Shown: positions 1 to 13,394 of the stretch, piece after piece
Numbering within the stretch: the stretch's first letter is position 1
How the letters are laid out: each line of letters starts with the position of its first letter
Assembly (NCBI RefSeq): GCF_018350175.1
Contig: NC_058368.1
Location: forward strand, 182,158,001 to 182,222,000
Length of the DNA: 64,000 bases
From: Felis catus
Lineage: Eukaryota
Direction: 5' to 3'
Program-made: the position numbers and the translations under genes
The notes under the pieces: generated by a model
Told to the model about the DNA's origin: nothing
Seen by the model: only the letters and a program-made list of their open reading frames with translations
Databases searched by the model: none

Positions 1-1619
1 GTATGAAACTGAAGAGAACTGAAATTAATCAGAAACCTAACTCAGTCATTTGGCAAAACATGCATTAGGTTCTTTGATCCCTGAAAGATATTTTTTCATG
101 GACTAAAGGTTGACAGGAGACATTCAGGGTTGTTTTAGAAAGTATAGCTCTCTTAATGTCCTGTGATTAAAATCTTCTCAGATACTTCCTTTGTCTATTT
201 TTCCACTTCTCCCATCTGGGATCCCTGAAACCTCTAAATCAAATCCTCCCCAAGACTATCAGGCCATTCTGTTTTAGGAGTTCTGGGCTTTGCCAACACT
301 TTTGCACGCCTGCCTCTCTGTAAGTTAGGTCTTCTGTTACTGAGTGTCCATACAGCATTTTCAGAACAGCTCTATAGTCATAAAGTAATGAAGCCTAAAT
401 ACACTTGCAACTTGACACAAAGTTCAGTGCAAGGAACTCTTTGCTTTTATATTTTACTAGAAAACATCTTTTACTGGTGTTGAGTAACATTGAATTAACA
501 AGATAGAGAGAGTTGTCGGTAGTCACAGCACAAGGAAACGCATCAGGAATTTATTAGATTTGAATTTATCAGTGCATAGAAATTCATGATGTTTAACTTA
601 AAGGCAAAAGGAGCAGAACACTTTGAATAACAGCTTGAAGTGGATGATTAGCTAAGGGGATGCAACATTTAATAGCCAAAATAAATTACTATAATTATTT
701 TATTACCTATGCTAACTGATTCCATTGTTTTTATTGAAATAACAGCTCCCTGAGGAAGGGAACGGTGCTTCAATGAATTTCAGCTGTAGGCTTGTGTGTT
801 CTTCCACAGCAATCAAAAACAATGAAAAATAGCCTTCATTGATAGTATTCTTCATGTTTTCATTTTAGCACTTGAAGAAAATATCCTATCCAGTGCAAAT
901 ACCTGGAAATATCTGAAAGCTTCAGGCCAGAAGAGAAAGTCTGTTGAACACAATTTGGTCATTTTTAGAGCTTTAGTTCCCCATAACTGTGCTCATTGAC
1001 TGGCTCACACCCTCACCATAGAAGTCTTTATTCTTTGCCATATATTTTCTAAGAAAGTCTTTTTTGAGATTCTGACATACTCTCTCTCTAGCAAAAATGT
1101 ACGCATGTCCTTGTATTCTTGTACTTATGTTTTTCAAAGTAGTAGAAAGAAGACAGGATGTGTCAGGATGCCAGAGGATGTGTGAAGCCATGGAATAAAA
1201 TATGGCACATTCCTAGAAGGTTCATTTTCCTTGAAGATTTGAGAAAAAAATATTTTTATTAAAAGAAAAATGCATCCACATGGATTCTATAAACCTTTCC
1301 ACACACATGGGAAGGGGACTCCAAAATAAATTGTGAACATGAAGAAGACGGTACCCCTCTCTTCTTATCCCCCTTGATCTTCCCTTCATCTTTCAACTCT
1401 CATGAAAAAGACTCATAAATATTCCTAACCTACTTCTTTAGTTGTTTCCAATGTTCTACTCCTTCAGATGAGCACTTAAAACACCTTTTGCCAATGTAAG
1501 ATATAAGATCCCAAAAAGAGAGAAAACAGAAACTTCTTCACTTTAGGAAAAGTGGGAGATCCATTATAGAGCAATACTTTTAATCCATATTTCAAAGTTT
1601 TTAACCAAACTCTTCTCCT

Positions 1620-1800
1620 ATCTTTCTTCCTTTCTTTCTTCCTTCCTTCCTTTCTTTTCTTTTCTTTCTTTCCCTTCCTTCCTTCCTTCCTTCCTTCCTT
1701 CCTTCCTTCCTTCCTTCCTTCCTTCCTCCTCTCCTCTCCTTCCCTTTCCTAACTTTTCTTTTTTCTTCTCTTCTCTTCTCTTTTCTTTTCTTTCTTTCTT
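1620..1800. repeat. Polypyrimidine simple repeat (CTTC)n/(CTTT)n/(CTTCT)n
   Basis: Directly visible tandem CT-rich tetramers and pentamers. Confidence 0.95.
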
Positions 1801-1981
1801 AACAAAGTAAGGTCAATGTTTAAGTTTTTTTCAATTTAATATGCCATGCTTTTTATGTAGTTATTTTCTTCGATTTGGTTTCAGGAAATATTCTGAGATT
1901 TAGATTCTTAGAAGGGTTTTCTCCAAGCCCTTGCAAAAGGCTACTAGTTCAGCATTTACTCATTTACTCATGAATTAATTT

Positions 1982-2798
1982 TTTTCCAATATATGAAATT
2001 TATTGTCAAATTGGTTTCCATACAACACCCAGTGCTCATCCCAAAAGGTGCCCTCCTCAATACCCATCACCCACCCTCCCCTCCCTCCCACTCCCCACCA
2101 ACCCTCAGTTTGTTCTCAGTTTTTAAGAGTCTCTTATGGTTTGGCTCTCTCCCACTCTAACCTCTTTTTTTTTTCCTTCCCCTCCCCCATGGGTTTCTGT
2201 TAAGTTTCTCAGGATCCACATAAGAGTGAAACCATATGGTATCTGTCTTTCTCTGTATGGCTTATTTCACTTAGCAGAACACTCTCCAGTTCCATCCACG
2301 TTGCTACAAAGGGCCATATTTCATTCTCTCTCATTGCCACGTAGTACTCCATTGTGTATATAAACCACAATTTCTTTATCTATTCATCAGTTGATGGACA
2401 TTTAGGCTCTTTCCATAATTTGGCTATTGTTGAGAGTGCTGCTGTAAACATTGGGGTACAAGTGCCCCTATGCATCAGTACTCCTGTATCCCTTGGGTAA
2501 ATTCCTAGCAGTGCTATTGCTGGGTCATAGGGTAGATCTATTTTTAATTTTTTGAGGAACCTCCACACTGTTTTCCAGAGTGGCTGCACCAATTTGCATT
2601 CCCACCAACAGTGCAAGAGGGTTCCCGTTTCTCCACATCCTCGCCAGCATCTATAGTCTCCTGATTTGTTCATTTTGGCCACTCTGACTGGCGTGAGGTG
2701 ATATCTGAGTGTGGTTTTGATTTGCATTTCCCTGATGAGGAGGGACGTTGAGCATCTTTTTGTGTGCCTGTTGGCCATCCGGATGTCTTCTTTAGAGA
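1982..2798 (-). mobile_element. Young 5'-truncated felid LINE-1 (L1_Fc-like): ORF2 C-terminus plus 3' UTR
   Basis: Minus ORF 2380-2823 contains the L1 ORF2 cysteine-rich motif ([25 protein letters not shown]). G-rich 3' UTR and AATAAA on the minus strand. Perfect 16-bp TSD ACTCATGAATTAATTT at 1966-1981 and 2799-2814. Confidence 0.97.
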
Positions 2799-3531
2799 AC
2801 TCATGAATTAATTTATCAAACATCTACTATATCCCATTGTAATGCAGACATCGTGATAGGCTTTAGAGATACAAAATTGGCATAATGGCTGTCTGAGAGG
2901 AGCTCACAATCTATAGGGAGCAAATTACTTATGCAACTACCAAGGTGATGTTTCATAAACTATAATGCTGAATAGGTCAGATATTTAGGATGTTCTGAGT
3001 ATCGCTGGCATCTGTCTTGGTAGGGTTGTTGGAATGAAACAGGGAAGCATTACTTCCATAAATAAACAAACAAACAAAAACCCTGTCCAAGGAATACCTA
3101 CCATCTGTTTGTCAAGGGTCTACAATTCACCCAAGAATCATTGTATCAAATAATAACTTAGATGACATGCATTTTTTTTAGATATATTAACTGCAGCACG
3201 AATATGTCACATAATAGAACTCTGGCTCTCAAGTTATCATGTTAAGTAGAATCTAGCAAGATTTTGAGGCAAAGGGGCATAGCACAGTCTTGGAGGGAGC
3301 TTGAACTTTTCAGATGTTTTTATTTAACTTGAAATACTCTTGCACTTTTCTTCCCTGCATCTCATCCCAACACACATATACACACATGCCACCACCACTA
3401 CAATTATTATGTTTTTAGTGGAGTCTTGCCTGACAACTCTATTTAACGTATGCCCCTTTTATTCTCTGTTTCACCTGTATTTCCTTCATAACAATACATC
3501 CATTTATAATTAATTTTACTTATTTCCTTGT

Positions 3532-3742
3532 ATTTTTTAAAGCTTATTTATTTATTTTGAGAGAGAGAGAGAAAAAAAAGTGAGGGAGGAGCAGAGGGAG
3601 AAGGAGAGGGAGAGAATCCCAAGCAGGCTCTGCACTGCCAAAGCAGAGCCTGATGTGGGGCTTGAACCCATGAACCCTGAGATTACGGCCTGAGCTGAAA
3701 TCAAGAGTCAGACACTTAACTGACTGAGCCACCCAGGAGCAC
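3532..3742 (-). mobile_element. Can-SINE (tRNA-derived, feliform type)
   Basis: Reverse complement of the head CCTGGGTGGCTCAGTC, (CT)n region and A-rich tail. TSD CTTATTTCCTTGT at 3519-3531 and 3743-3755. Confidence 0.95.
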
Positions 3743-4369
3743 CTTATTTCCTTGTTTTTTTTATGAGTTCCTCACTAGATTTTAAATGCCCTATTCACAT
3801 GACCATTTTTTAAAATCATTGTTATACACAGAATCTCTATGTACTCAATAAACAATTGTTGAGTGAAGAAATACATTAGAAAGATGGATAAACGAACAGA
3901 ATCCCAACTTGGAGATATGATGGCCCAAGTGACGTTAGTGCTCAAGTGGTTTAAAACAAAAATTAATGAATTAGAATTGTGAATGGCTTCTGGACTCGTC
4001 CACTCACTAAAGTAGCAAGTGTGTGAATTCAAAGCTATTCTACTTAAATATTTGTACTTCATGCTCTTGTAGACTCCTATATTTCCTTGTGGATTAAGGA
4101 ATTGTAGTAGAATATTTTGGAACACCTTTGCACTAAGATATTTTGTCTGTTCTTTTTCTCTACATTTGTAGTATTGCTGCCATTAAACTATCCTTTTAAT
4201 CTCTTCATGCTAAATTCAAGTGTGAATGTGCTCAACTAAATGTGTCAAGGTACTGAAAAAAGTAGAGTTCCTTAGGACAAGCATCACTGAATAAAGATCT
4301 TAGAGGCAAATTCACTTCTATCACTTCTACTGATAGTGTCTTCTCCCAATGCACACAAAGAAAACAGGT

Positions 4370-4621
4370 GTTTTTATTTTAACTTGTTTTTAAGTTTTTT
4401 TTTTTTTTTTTTAATTTGAGAGAGAGCAGGGGAGGGACAGAGAAAGATAGAGAGAGCAGGGGAGGGGCAGAAAGAGACAGACAGACAGACAGACAGAGGA
4501 TCCTAAGCAGGCTCTGTGCTGCCAATGCAGAGCTCATGCTGGGCTTGATCTCACGACCCTCACATTATGACTTGAGCCACAACCAAGAATCGGATGATTG
4601 ACTGAGCCACCCAGGTGTGCC
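4370..4621 (-). mobile_element. Can-SINE
   Basis: actgagccacccagg head, (GA)/(GACA) region, T-rich tail. Flanking AGAAAAYAGGT repeats. Confidence 0.93.
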
Positions 4622-5094
4622 AGAAAATAGGTTTGATGACGTTGAGAAAGGAAAGACACCAGAGTCTTTGAAATGAGAAGATTTTTTTCTTTTTCTTTTA
4701 TCTCCCTTTTCAGAATGGGCCTAGTTTATTCTGGTAGTCCCATCACTAAAGTTTGCTAAATGTTCATTACCTCAAAACTCCCAAGGACCAGAGCCACTAA
4801 AGGAAAAGCGCTGTCCTTTCATTAAAGTAAACTACTGAATTTTAGATGGTGATAGACATATTTAAAAAAAATTCTATGAAATTATAATAATCATGTTAAT
4901 TTGGAGGTTTCAGTAAAAAATAAGTTAAACATAAAAAAGGAAGTACAAAAATGTCATTGGAAAACCATGCTTGTGAGTATTTTTTTGTTTTGTTTTGTTT
5001 TGTAATGGAGATGACTTTGAGTGAACCTAACTTTGGATAGTTAGAACCCATGATTGAAGCATAATGCATCTACATGATACTCATAAATTCTGCT

Positions 5095-5300
5095 AAATCA
5101 ATAGCTACCATTTGTTAACCATGTGGCTAGGAGCATGTTACATTATTGTTCATTTCCATTCATAGGACAGCCCTATTTCATGGAAAGTTAACTGAGGCAC
5201 AGAAACATTAGTGAGTTATAGAAATAAACAGCTTCAAAAGATGCAGATGGGATTGAACTCAAATCTTGCTAATTGTCAGATCTATTCTCTTCCCTGTATA
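5095..5300 (-). mobile_element. MIR fragment
   Basis: Degenerate MIR core (actgaggcacaga) with tagctaccattt end. Confidence 0.65.
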
Positions 5301-5669
5301 GTTTCTTCTCACTCCTTTTGGGACTTTAGTGGAGACTGCATGACACACCCTGAGCTCATTCTAATTCTGAGGGAGACAAATAAGGGTGAAGTGAATCAAT
5401 AAATCATAATTTCTGTCAATTAAGCTACCCATCCAAGGGGATCCTTGTGAGGCTCTGAAAATCAGGCACTGACTAAAAGAGGCAAGCTCCGATTGGTGTG
5501 TGTATCTACTGGTAAAAGGTGAGTTAGTAGACAGGTCATGTTGATGGTACTGATACCCAGAGAATGGGCCATTAGGTGAGGGATTTTGGACACAGAGGAA
5601 ACACTCTAGGGACATTATGATACAAAATATGGAAGTGACATGAAAGCTTGGAAGGGAAAATAATATAAT

Positions 5670-5880
5670 AATAATAATAATAGTCATAAGAAGAATCATT
5701 TATAATCCTGTCAAAAATCCTACAAGGTAGGAATTGTTATTCTTATTTCATACCAGGGGAAACTAGGGCACAGAGAGGTTAAGTGGCTTGTCTAAAAGGA
5801 ATATAGGATTAGAAGGGAAGTAGAAGAGTTAGAATGTTAAAGCAGTTTTATCTACCTCCAAAGTCTGGGTACTTTTCATT
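5670..5880 (-). mobile_element. MIR fragment
   Basis: ggaaactagggcacagagaggttaagtggcttgtctaa MIR core. Confidence 0.75.
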
Positions 5881-6013
5881 TTGCCATCTCATAATTTTTG
5901 GTGCGTATTTCATTGGGTTCAAACTTTCAATTTGGTATTCTTAAATCAGAATTTTACTCTGGTATATGTAAGGAAAATAGGAAAGGGAGGAAACATTGAC
6001 ATAATTTTTAAGG

Positions 6014-6232
6014 TGGGGCTTTTCAATATTGGCATTATTGACATTTCAGGTGGGATCATTGTTGGGGTAGGGACTGTCTTGTCACTTTAGGATGTTATGC
6101 AGCATCCCTGGTCCTTACTGACTAGATGACAATTCACCACATTGCCAGCTTTGACAACCACTAATGTATCCAGACATTGCCAAATGCTTCCTGTGAAGCT
6201 AAATACCTCCTCCTCCTTTTAAAAGTCACTGC
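6014..6232 (-). mobile_element. MER20-like hAT-Charlie DNA transposon relic
   Basis: ttggcattattgacattt...gcagcatccctggtcc...tccagacattgccaaatg matches recalled MER20 consensus; ~220 bp. Confidence 0.8.
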
Positions 6233-6235
6233 TTT

Positions 6236-6238
<3 letters not shown>

Positions 6239-6281
<43 letters not shown>
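6239..6281. repeat. (CA)n microsatellite
   Basis: Direct observation. Confidence 0.98.
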
Positions 6282-6283
<2 letters not shown>

Positions 6284-6769
6284 CCACTGCTTTATAGGGG
6301 CCAAGGGTTAAAGGTTAAGACCTGGACTCAAGACACCCATAATTCAGTCCTGCTTCAGTCATTGGCTCCACCTCTGTGAACTTAAGAAATGCTTGAACTT
6401 CTCTAAGACTCAGAGATTGTAGCTATAAAAACTGAGAAAATTATGAACATTTTACTTATTTTACACAATAACTAGAATGCCCCAAAATAAATGTCAGATT
6501 GATGTGGAAATCATTTAGATATATAAAAGTACTATCCAATGTAAAGGGGCCATATTATTACCCTTTTATGGAAAAAATAAAGAGCAAAAGAAAAATTAGA
6601 GGACAGAAATTTGGATCATTTTAACGAATAAACTTGATTCCTGAAAATTACTAGAAATAATGGCTATAGGATTGCTAACCCATAACAACTGAGGAAATAG
6701 CTTATAGCTGCCATGCAAGAAAATCTGGTAACTGTAATGGAGTTGTTTTGATAATCTAAAGATTTATGT

Positions 6770-6843
6770 ATTTACTTTTTATTTATTTTTTCTTATTTTA
6801 GATGGAGTGAGAGAGTACAAGTCGGAGAAAGGGGCAGAGAGGG

Positions 6844-6884
<41 letters not shown>

Positions 6885-7012
6885 CTCAAGCAGGCTCCAC
6901 ATTCAGCACTGAGCCTGATCTGATACAGGGCTCGATCCCACGACCCTGGGATCATGACCTGAACTGAAATCAAGAGTTAAATGTTCAACTGACTGAGCCA
7001 TCCAGATGCCCC
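6770..7012 (-). mobile_element. Can-SINE
   Basis: gactgagccatccagatgcccc head, (GA)n, T-rich tail. Confidence 0.93.
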
Positions 7013-9438
7013 TCAAAGTTAATGACTTTTAGTCTCTATCCAATAAGGGAGACTTGACAGTCCATTCCACTTTCATTCAATCTGATGTAGAACAGTAGAG
7101 AAAGCCTTGTTCTTCTGGAAAAGTAACATAAACACTGGACTCACCTGAGTTCATTTCTAATTTCAGATCTGTCAGGATTTACCTTAGTGACCCTAAGCAA
7201 GCCACTTGATCTTTGTGAATTTCATTTTTCCTTTTTTTCAGTGGTAAGTAAATTCATTTAATTAATTTGCAGTCTAGTTGGGAACAGTCAATGAGATAAT
7301 ATATGTGAAATGTGAGTAGTAACACTTAAAAGTATAAAGTGCAACACCACAGCAAGTCATATGGTTAGAACTGTTTTTCAAAGTAAAAAAGCAAGGATAT
7401 TCAGACACAGCTGCTTCAAACAAGGTATTTATATGTTTTCCAAAATTAAAAAAAACAAAACAAAACAAAAACCAGTGCACTCCACCTGAGCTCAACAAGA
7501 CTGGGTTTAAGGAGAAAAGGGATGAATTGAATCAATTCACAAATAAGATACCCATGTCCAAAAGTTTCACATTACCCAAATCATATCCCCAAACACCTAA
7601 AATCTCCAGGAATTTGCAATTATAAAGACTTTTATTGTCACTGATCTGCATTCCTTTTGTGAAGTGAAAGTTATAAACCAGAAAGAAATATCTTCACTCA
7701 AACCCACCTTGAGTTGTAAATTTAATTCAATATATTAGTCAAGCTTCTAAGCTCCACAAGCATAAGCAGATTGTCAATAGAGGAGACCATGCTCATTAAA
7801 ATTACTAGAGAGAAAAGCACCTGTGACAATCAGAAATATGATAAAAATGTCAAAATGGACATGAAGTTAACTGTGCCCAGTTTGGAATGTACATAAATTT
7901 GTACTACAATATGACAATTGAGAATATATTTTCAATAAATGGAAGACAAAACAAAAAAAAACTAGGAGTATTCAAGTAACACTTCAATGATATATTTTTG
8001 CCTAGAGAAAATGTCTTTTCTCTGTTTTCTAGAACTTTCTTTTAAAACAATATTACTTATTATGTTAAACTCTCTGCCTTTCTTGAGCCACCTCAGTTTG
8101 GTCAAGAAGATTGTTTCCCCAAGACTGAATGCTTGAATATCACTTTAAAAGGAAATGTTTTTACCGTTTTCTCTTCTCAGAAGTTGTGCCTTTCCAGGGG
8201 CCTCATTCATTTGTCTAGTTTTTGACGTCCTCCCTTCCATATGTCTGCTACTTTTTGATTCATTTGGTTCAGAATTCTGAAGATGTTAGACAGTTCTCAT
8301 GGGCCAAAGTTAGAAGAATAAAAACTGCCATGGACTGTAAAAATGATGCTGCGGACTTTGGACTTTGGGAATGTTGCTGTACCATGGACAGCAACACCAG
8401 ATCCACTGCTCTGCCTGGGCCTCGCGTGGCTTTGTGTTTTATGATTTTAAGCCCACAAACAAGGATCTGCAGGATGCACACTCACAATCAGTAATTTGTT
8501 TGCCAATTTTGGCTGGATAATATTCCTGATTCACTTGCTGGCGGAGGTTCTTTATGCAGTTGTAAGAAAGAATGTAAGACTGACAAATAAAAAACAAAAC
8601 AAAAATCTTTCTCAGTGAACCATAGGGGAAAGTAAGACTTGGCTAACAAAATAGAGCCTTGGTAAAGAAAGGAAATGGAGGCTGGGCCAGTGAAAATCTC
8701 AGAGCACCCTAGACTAGAGTCCTATGGCTTTTATAAAGCCCTCGACTTCAAATGCTTGAGTACAGAATATATATATTTTTTGAATCATAATGTGATGATA
8801 ATATCTCTTATTTCACTTCTTACATCTTTGTTCTGTGAGTCAGAAATCTCTTTGGGCTTCCTTCACATTTGCAGTAGTGTATTTGTTTTTTGCAAGAAAT
8901 CTTTACCTGGATTTAGAAACTAAGAAACAAATTGTGCCAGTCCTATTAGTTCTCTCTGGTAGGTTGTAGACTCAGCAATGCTTCTGACAGATTTCTACCA
9001 GATCTGAAGGGCCTTCAATGTAATCTTCTAAATGTTTATTGAAGGTTAGTACACACATTTTTCCTTTTCATTGTAGAAAGGATAAAACCTGTACACCAAT
9101 TGTATTTTACAACAGCCTCTTTTCAGTGTCATAAAACTGAAGTTGTAATTTAGGATTGATAGCTACAGAAGAGAACAGGAGTTCAGGATTTTTCAAGTTT
9201 AAGACAAACACTTTGCACATGTGCTGGTTAAACCTCCAGCACTTACAATCCTGTGAAGTAAATTCAGGCCCTGGGGCTTGATGGGATAAGCACTACAGGT
9301 ACTTTATAACAGCGAGTGAAATCATCAATTTAACACATTTGATACATGTGCTGTTCAGTTTTTGAAAAGTAAAAAGAAAGCTGAAGGAAATGAACATGGC
9401 ATATGACTTGATGCTAAGCATTTTGAAAATACACATCT

Positions 9439-9629
9439 AGGGGTGCCTGGGTGGCGCAGTCGGTTGAGCGTCCGACTTCAGCCAGGTCATGATCTCGCGG
9501 CCCGTGAGTTCGAGCCCCGCGTCAGGCTCTGGGCTGATGGCTCAGAGCCTGGAGCCTGTTTCCGATTCTGTGTCTCCCTCTCTCTCTGCCCCTCCCCCAT
9601 TCATGCTCTGTCTCTCTCTGTCCCGAAAA

Positions 9630-9662
<33 letters not shown>
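9439..9662 (+). mobile_element. Young Can-SINE (SINEC_Fc-like)
   Basis: CpG-rich head GGGGTGCCTGGGTGGCGCAGTCGG with A and B boxes (GAGTTCGAGCC), (TAAA)n tail, TSD AATACACATCT. Confidence 0.98.
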
Positions 9663-9665
<3 letters not shown>

Positions 9666-10611
9666 ACACATCTGGAATTGAAACATAATTTATCTTGCAG
9701 TTACATGAGCATTCTAGAGGCCTCTATGCAGAGTCAGCAAAGTGCCATGCATTGGCGATCAGCCTGTAAGGAGGTGAGGTCACTGACCAGCTTGTAGAAG
9801 GGAGACCTTGCATTTTTGCAAAGATTTTGGTCAGTAATATGAAGCTGGTGTGTCCTACCTTGACTAAATTCTGACATTTGGAGGATTAGAATATTGTATT
9901 AAACCTAACTTTGTGCCCCCTGAAAAACTGGCTAATGCCTCTTTCTCCTGGTTAGGACAGTATTTCCAGCTTACCTGATTTTAAGAGCAAAAGCACACCA
10001 TAGTTAATGCAAGATAGCAAGAGAAATCAAGAATCAATCTTGGCTAAGAATTTTGTTTTGAACATCAGCAGCTGAGTTGAAAGTATATGACATTTGTAGT
10101 AAGGAAAAATAAGAAATGATCAACTCAAGTGTCTAAATATCTTGGAATAGCAGCACCCACAACATACAACAAGTATAGGACAGCATTGTTTTTAGCTTTA
10201 TCCATGGGTGTGCACCATGCGTCAAAGATTATGCAAGGTACTTGGGGTATAAAATGAGGACAGTCCTTTCCTACATGTTATTTATTATTATTTTTTGGTT
10301 TGATAGGGAAAACAAATCAATTTTATGGTAGCATACATAATAGTACAAAAATGTATAAACTTAAAGGAGTTATCAGAGAGGACAGTATGATTAATATCTG
10401 TTGGGCCTAACCTTTGGGGTAAAGAATAGTGTTAAAGACAAGAATGTATAAAGAAATAAGCTGGAACCTAAAAGGTATGACTGTGTTGAGGCAGGGTAAA
10501 TCAAGAGATATGGGCTAAATGTGAAAGCAGGAACTTGATGGAGAAAAACAAACCAACTTGGATGTGATATAACATTGAAATTTTGAAACAACAAAACTAT
10601 GATTCAATTTT

Positions 10612-10797
10612 AATAATTTTTAAATGCTTATTTATTTTTAGAGAGAGAAAAACAGAGCACAAGCTGGGGAGGGTCAGAGAGAGGGGGAGACACAGAATCT
10701 GAAGCAGGCCCCGGGCTCTGAGCTGTCAGCACAGAACCCAATGCAGGGCTGGAGCCCATGAACTATGAAATCACAACCTGAGCTGAAGTCAGATTCC
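10612..10797 (-). mobile_element. Can-SINE lacking its 5' head
   Basis: Body and tail present; stops at gaagtcagattcc, immediately followed by another SINE tail. Confidence 0.9.
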
Positions 10798-11020
10798 TTT
10801 AAAAAAAATTTTTTTAACATTTATTCATTTTTTGAGAGACAGAGAGAGACAGAGTGTGAGTGGGGAGGGGCAGAGAGAGAGGGAGACACAGAATCCGATG
10901 CAGGCTCCAGGCTCTGAACTGATAGCACACAGCCCGACATGGGGCTTGAACTCACGGACCATGAGATCTTGACCTGAGCTGAAGTCAGATTCTTAACCAA
11001 CTGAGCCACTCAGGAGCCCC
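10798..11020 (-). mobile_element. Can-SINE
   Basis: Full body ending in ctgagccactcaggagcccc. Confidence 0.95.
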
Positions 11021-11574
11021 AATAAGCATAAATCTTATAGAAGTGGTACAGATTACCTGGTGTTGACCATCAAATTCATGGTGAGGTTGTCTGTGGATTT
11101 GGTTCAAGTGTCACTGGCTGAAAGCAGTTGAACCAGCTAAGTGACTACTGTGTAGGATGGGTGAGAGATGAGTCTGAACCAAAGGCATGGCATAAAATAA
11201 CAGGAAAGGAAAGGATTTGAGAGAAATTAAGAAGTAAAAACTAGTAACCATAACTATAATAATCAATCTTCAATGCAAAGATCAAAATTCATCTACTCAA
11301 TAATTCTTGGGGCAATTATCCTTGTGGAAGATAATTTTAAGTCCCACCATGAAAAGTATCAGCTTTCCAAGTAGATGTAAAAATCAACAAGAACAAAAAT
11401 CATATATTCATAGAAATACAGGCAGAAGATACCATGTTAAAATGATACTCGGTTTCCACAAAAGCTGAAGAGAAACTGCCTGCACTCATTAAATTGTATG
11501 CCTGCCCAACAAAAATGTGTAGTCATCGAATATCTCATATCCTGTATCTATTGAATATCCTATATCTCTTAGGA

Positions 11575-11890
11575 ACATATAGAGAAATCTTGTAAGCGTA
11601 ACACTGAATTAAAGAAGCCAGGGACAAAAGAGTATAATCTATATGCATTCCACTGACTTAAAGTAGAAAACAATTTTGTAATGTTAGAAATCAGTATAGT
11701 TACTTTGGGGGAGATGGTGACTAGAAGAAAATATAAGAGGAATTATGGGGTTCTGGTAATGTTCCATGACCTGTGTGAGAGTTACCTGAGTGGAATCAGT
11801 TTGAGAAATCCATCTGCTCTCCCTTTATGATACTTAAGTGGGACACATTTCTGTATTTATATTATACTTGAATAAGAAAGTTTAAAAAAT
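11575..11890 (+). mobile_element. Ancient L1 (L1ME-like) 3' end
   Basis: aaagaagccag...tgttagaaatcagtatagttactttgggg...tatattatacttgaataagaaagttt resembles an L1M 3' UTR. Confidence 0.7.
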
Positions 11891-13394
11891 ATACTTAGTG
11901 GAGAAGAAAAGAAATAGTTATAAGGAAGTGGGTTGTTGCTGAGCCAAGGCAATTGGACCTCTCAGATAGGCCTACTCTAAGCCTATATATGTGTAACATT
12001 ATATATCCTAAGACAAAGAAACAAACGGGCTCTTTTAGGGTGAACTGCATCACTGGTTTTAAATGATTCCTCAAATATATATTCTTTTGACTTTCCAGTC
12101 ACCTGCATGCTTTCAAGAGTCTAGGCTTAGAAAAATTGTATCAAAAATTTGTCCACTGGTTGCTTTTTTGTGTGTATAATCATTCCAAGGTCTTGTGTGG
12201 GCTGTCCATGGAAACTCACAAATGGTCATGGATTGGAACAATGCACTACTTTATCCTCTGGAAATAATGGCTTCCAGCCAACTCAGGAGAGGAATGAAAC
12301 TGCCTTGTATCAGACTCCCTGCTGTGCATTAGCATTTCAGTTATAGCTGCTACCTTGTTATAACACATACATTTCTTTACTCACAAGGCCAACTTCACAG
12401 AAAAAATGCCCTGTATTCATTGTCTAATTATCAACTTCATATACCTCGGAAAAAGACTATAGCTCAAACGTGTATCATTCAAAACATTATTGTAAGGTTA
12501 AAATCTTGAACAGTAAAAAATTTCCAGGCACTGTTAACAGGTTCATATAACAAAAATAATGATGATATAAAATTAGCATTAAAAAAAATCAACTTTCTAA
12601 TGGACAGATTTATTAGTAGAAATATGAAATGATTTAGATAAATGGAGGGGGGAAAATCTAACATGGAACAAGGTGGGCCAAGAACTTGTTCAGAACATTG
12701 GCAGCCTGCCGAGCATACCTCTGGAAGGGGACATGCAACTTTAATCTTGATTATGGAGTAATCCTAAGTGGACTGATTCTGAATGCCATCTGCTCTCAAT
12801 GAAGCATCGGAGTTACAGCCTGCTCACTCTGATATGCCCTTCATCCCTGCTTTCCAATTTCACCCTAAGTCCCATTTAAAAGTTTGAGTTTTAAAGTTTA
12901 TTATAATTAACATTCTCTACAACAACCATTTATTTCTAAGGAGTAGCGGAGTGGGCAGCAGAGGTTCCCTCTTTAACTCTGAAAAGCAAGCCCAATGGGT
13001 GGAAATATTATCTAACTGGGGATCTCTAATCAGGCGAGAGGCAGAGAACTTTCAGTTGGGTGCTCAGATGAAGGTTAGGCACTACATCAACTCTGGAACC
13101 TTGTTTTGCATTGTAGATACTCAGTTTACGGAGATAGGTATCCTGTCCTTAACATAAAATTAAAAAAAAAACAAGTTGTGCATCCTGATTTCTAATATTA
13201 TAATATCTTAAATTAAACAATGCATCCCAAATTTCATTTGTTTTATTGTGTGCTGTTGCATATAGTGCTTTACTGAATAGAGTACTTCATCTCAAATTAC
13301 TTAGTTTCTGTGGGACCCTAGAATAACCCAGTGTTGGATTATAGGACTCACCTGGCCATAGATGAATGTGACTGTCTTGCAATATAGGGAGGTT

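Noticed and set aside
8222..8494. Overlapping 90-aa (+) and 70-aa (-) ORFs in unique sequence
   Set aside because: No recognisable protein similarity and no convincing splice-site pair; better treated as a regulatory candidate.
9439..9520. tRNA-like A and B boxes in SINE heads
   Set aside because: These are tRNA-derived SINE promoters followed by CT region and tail; no complete cloverleaf, so not tRNA genes.
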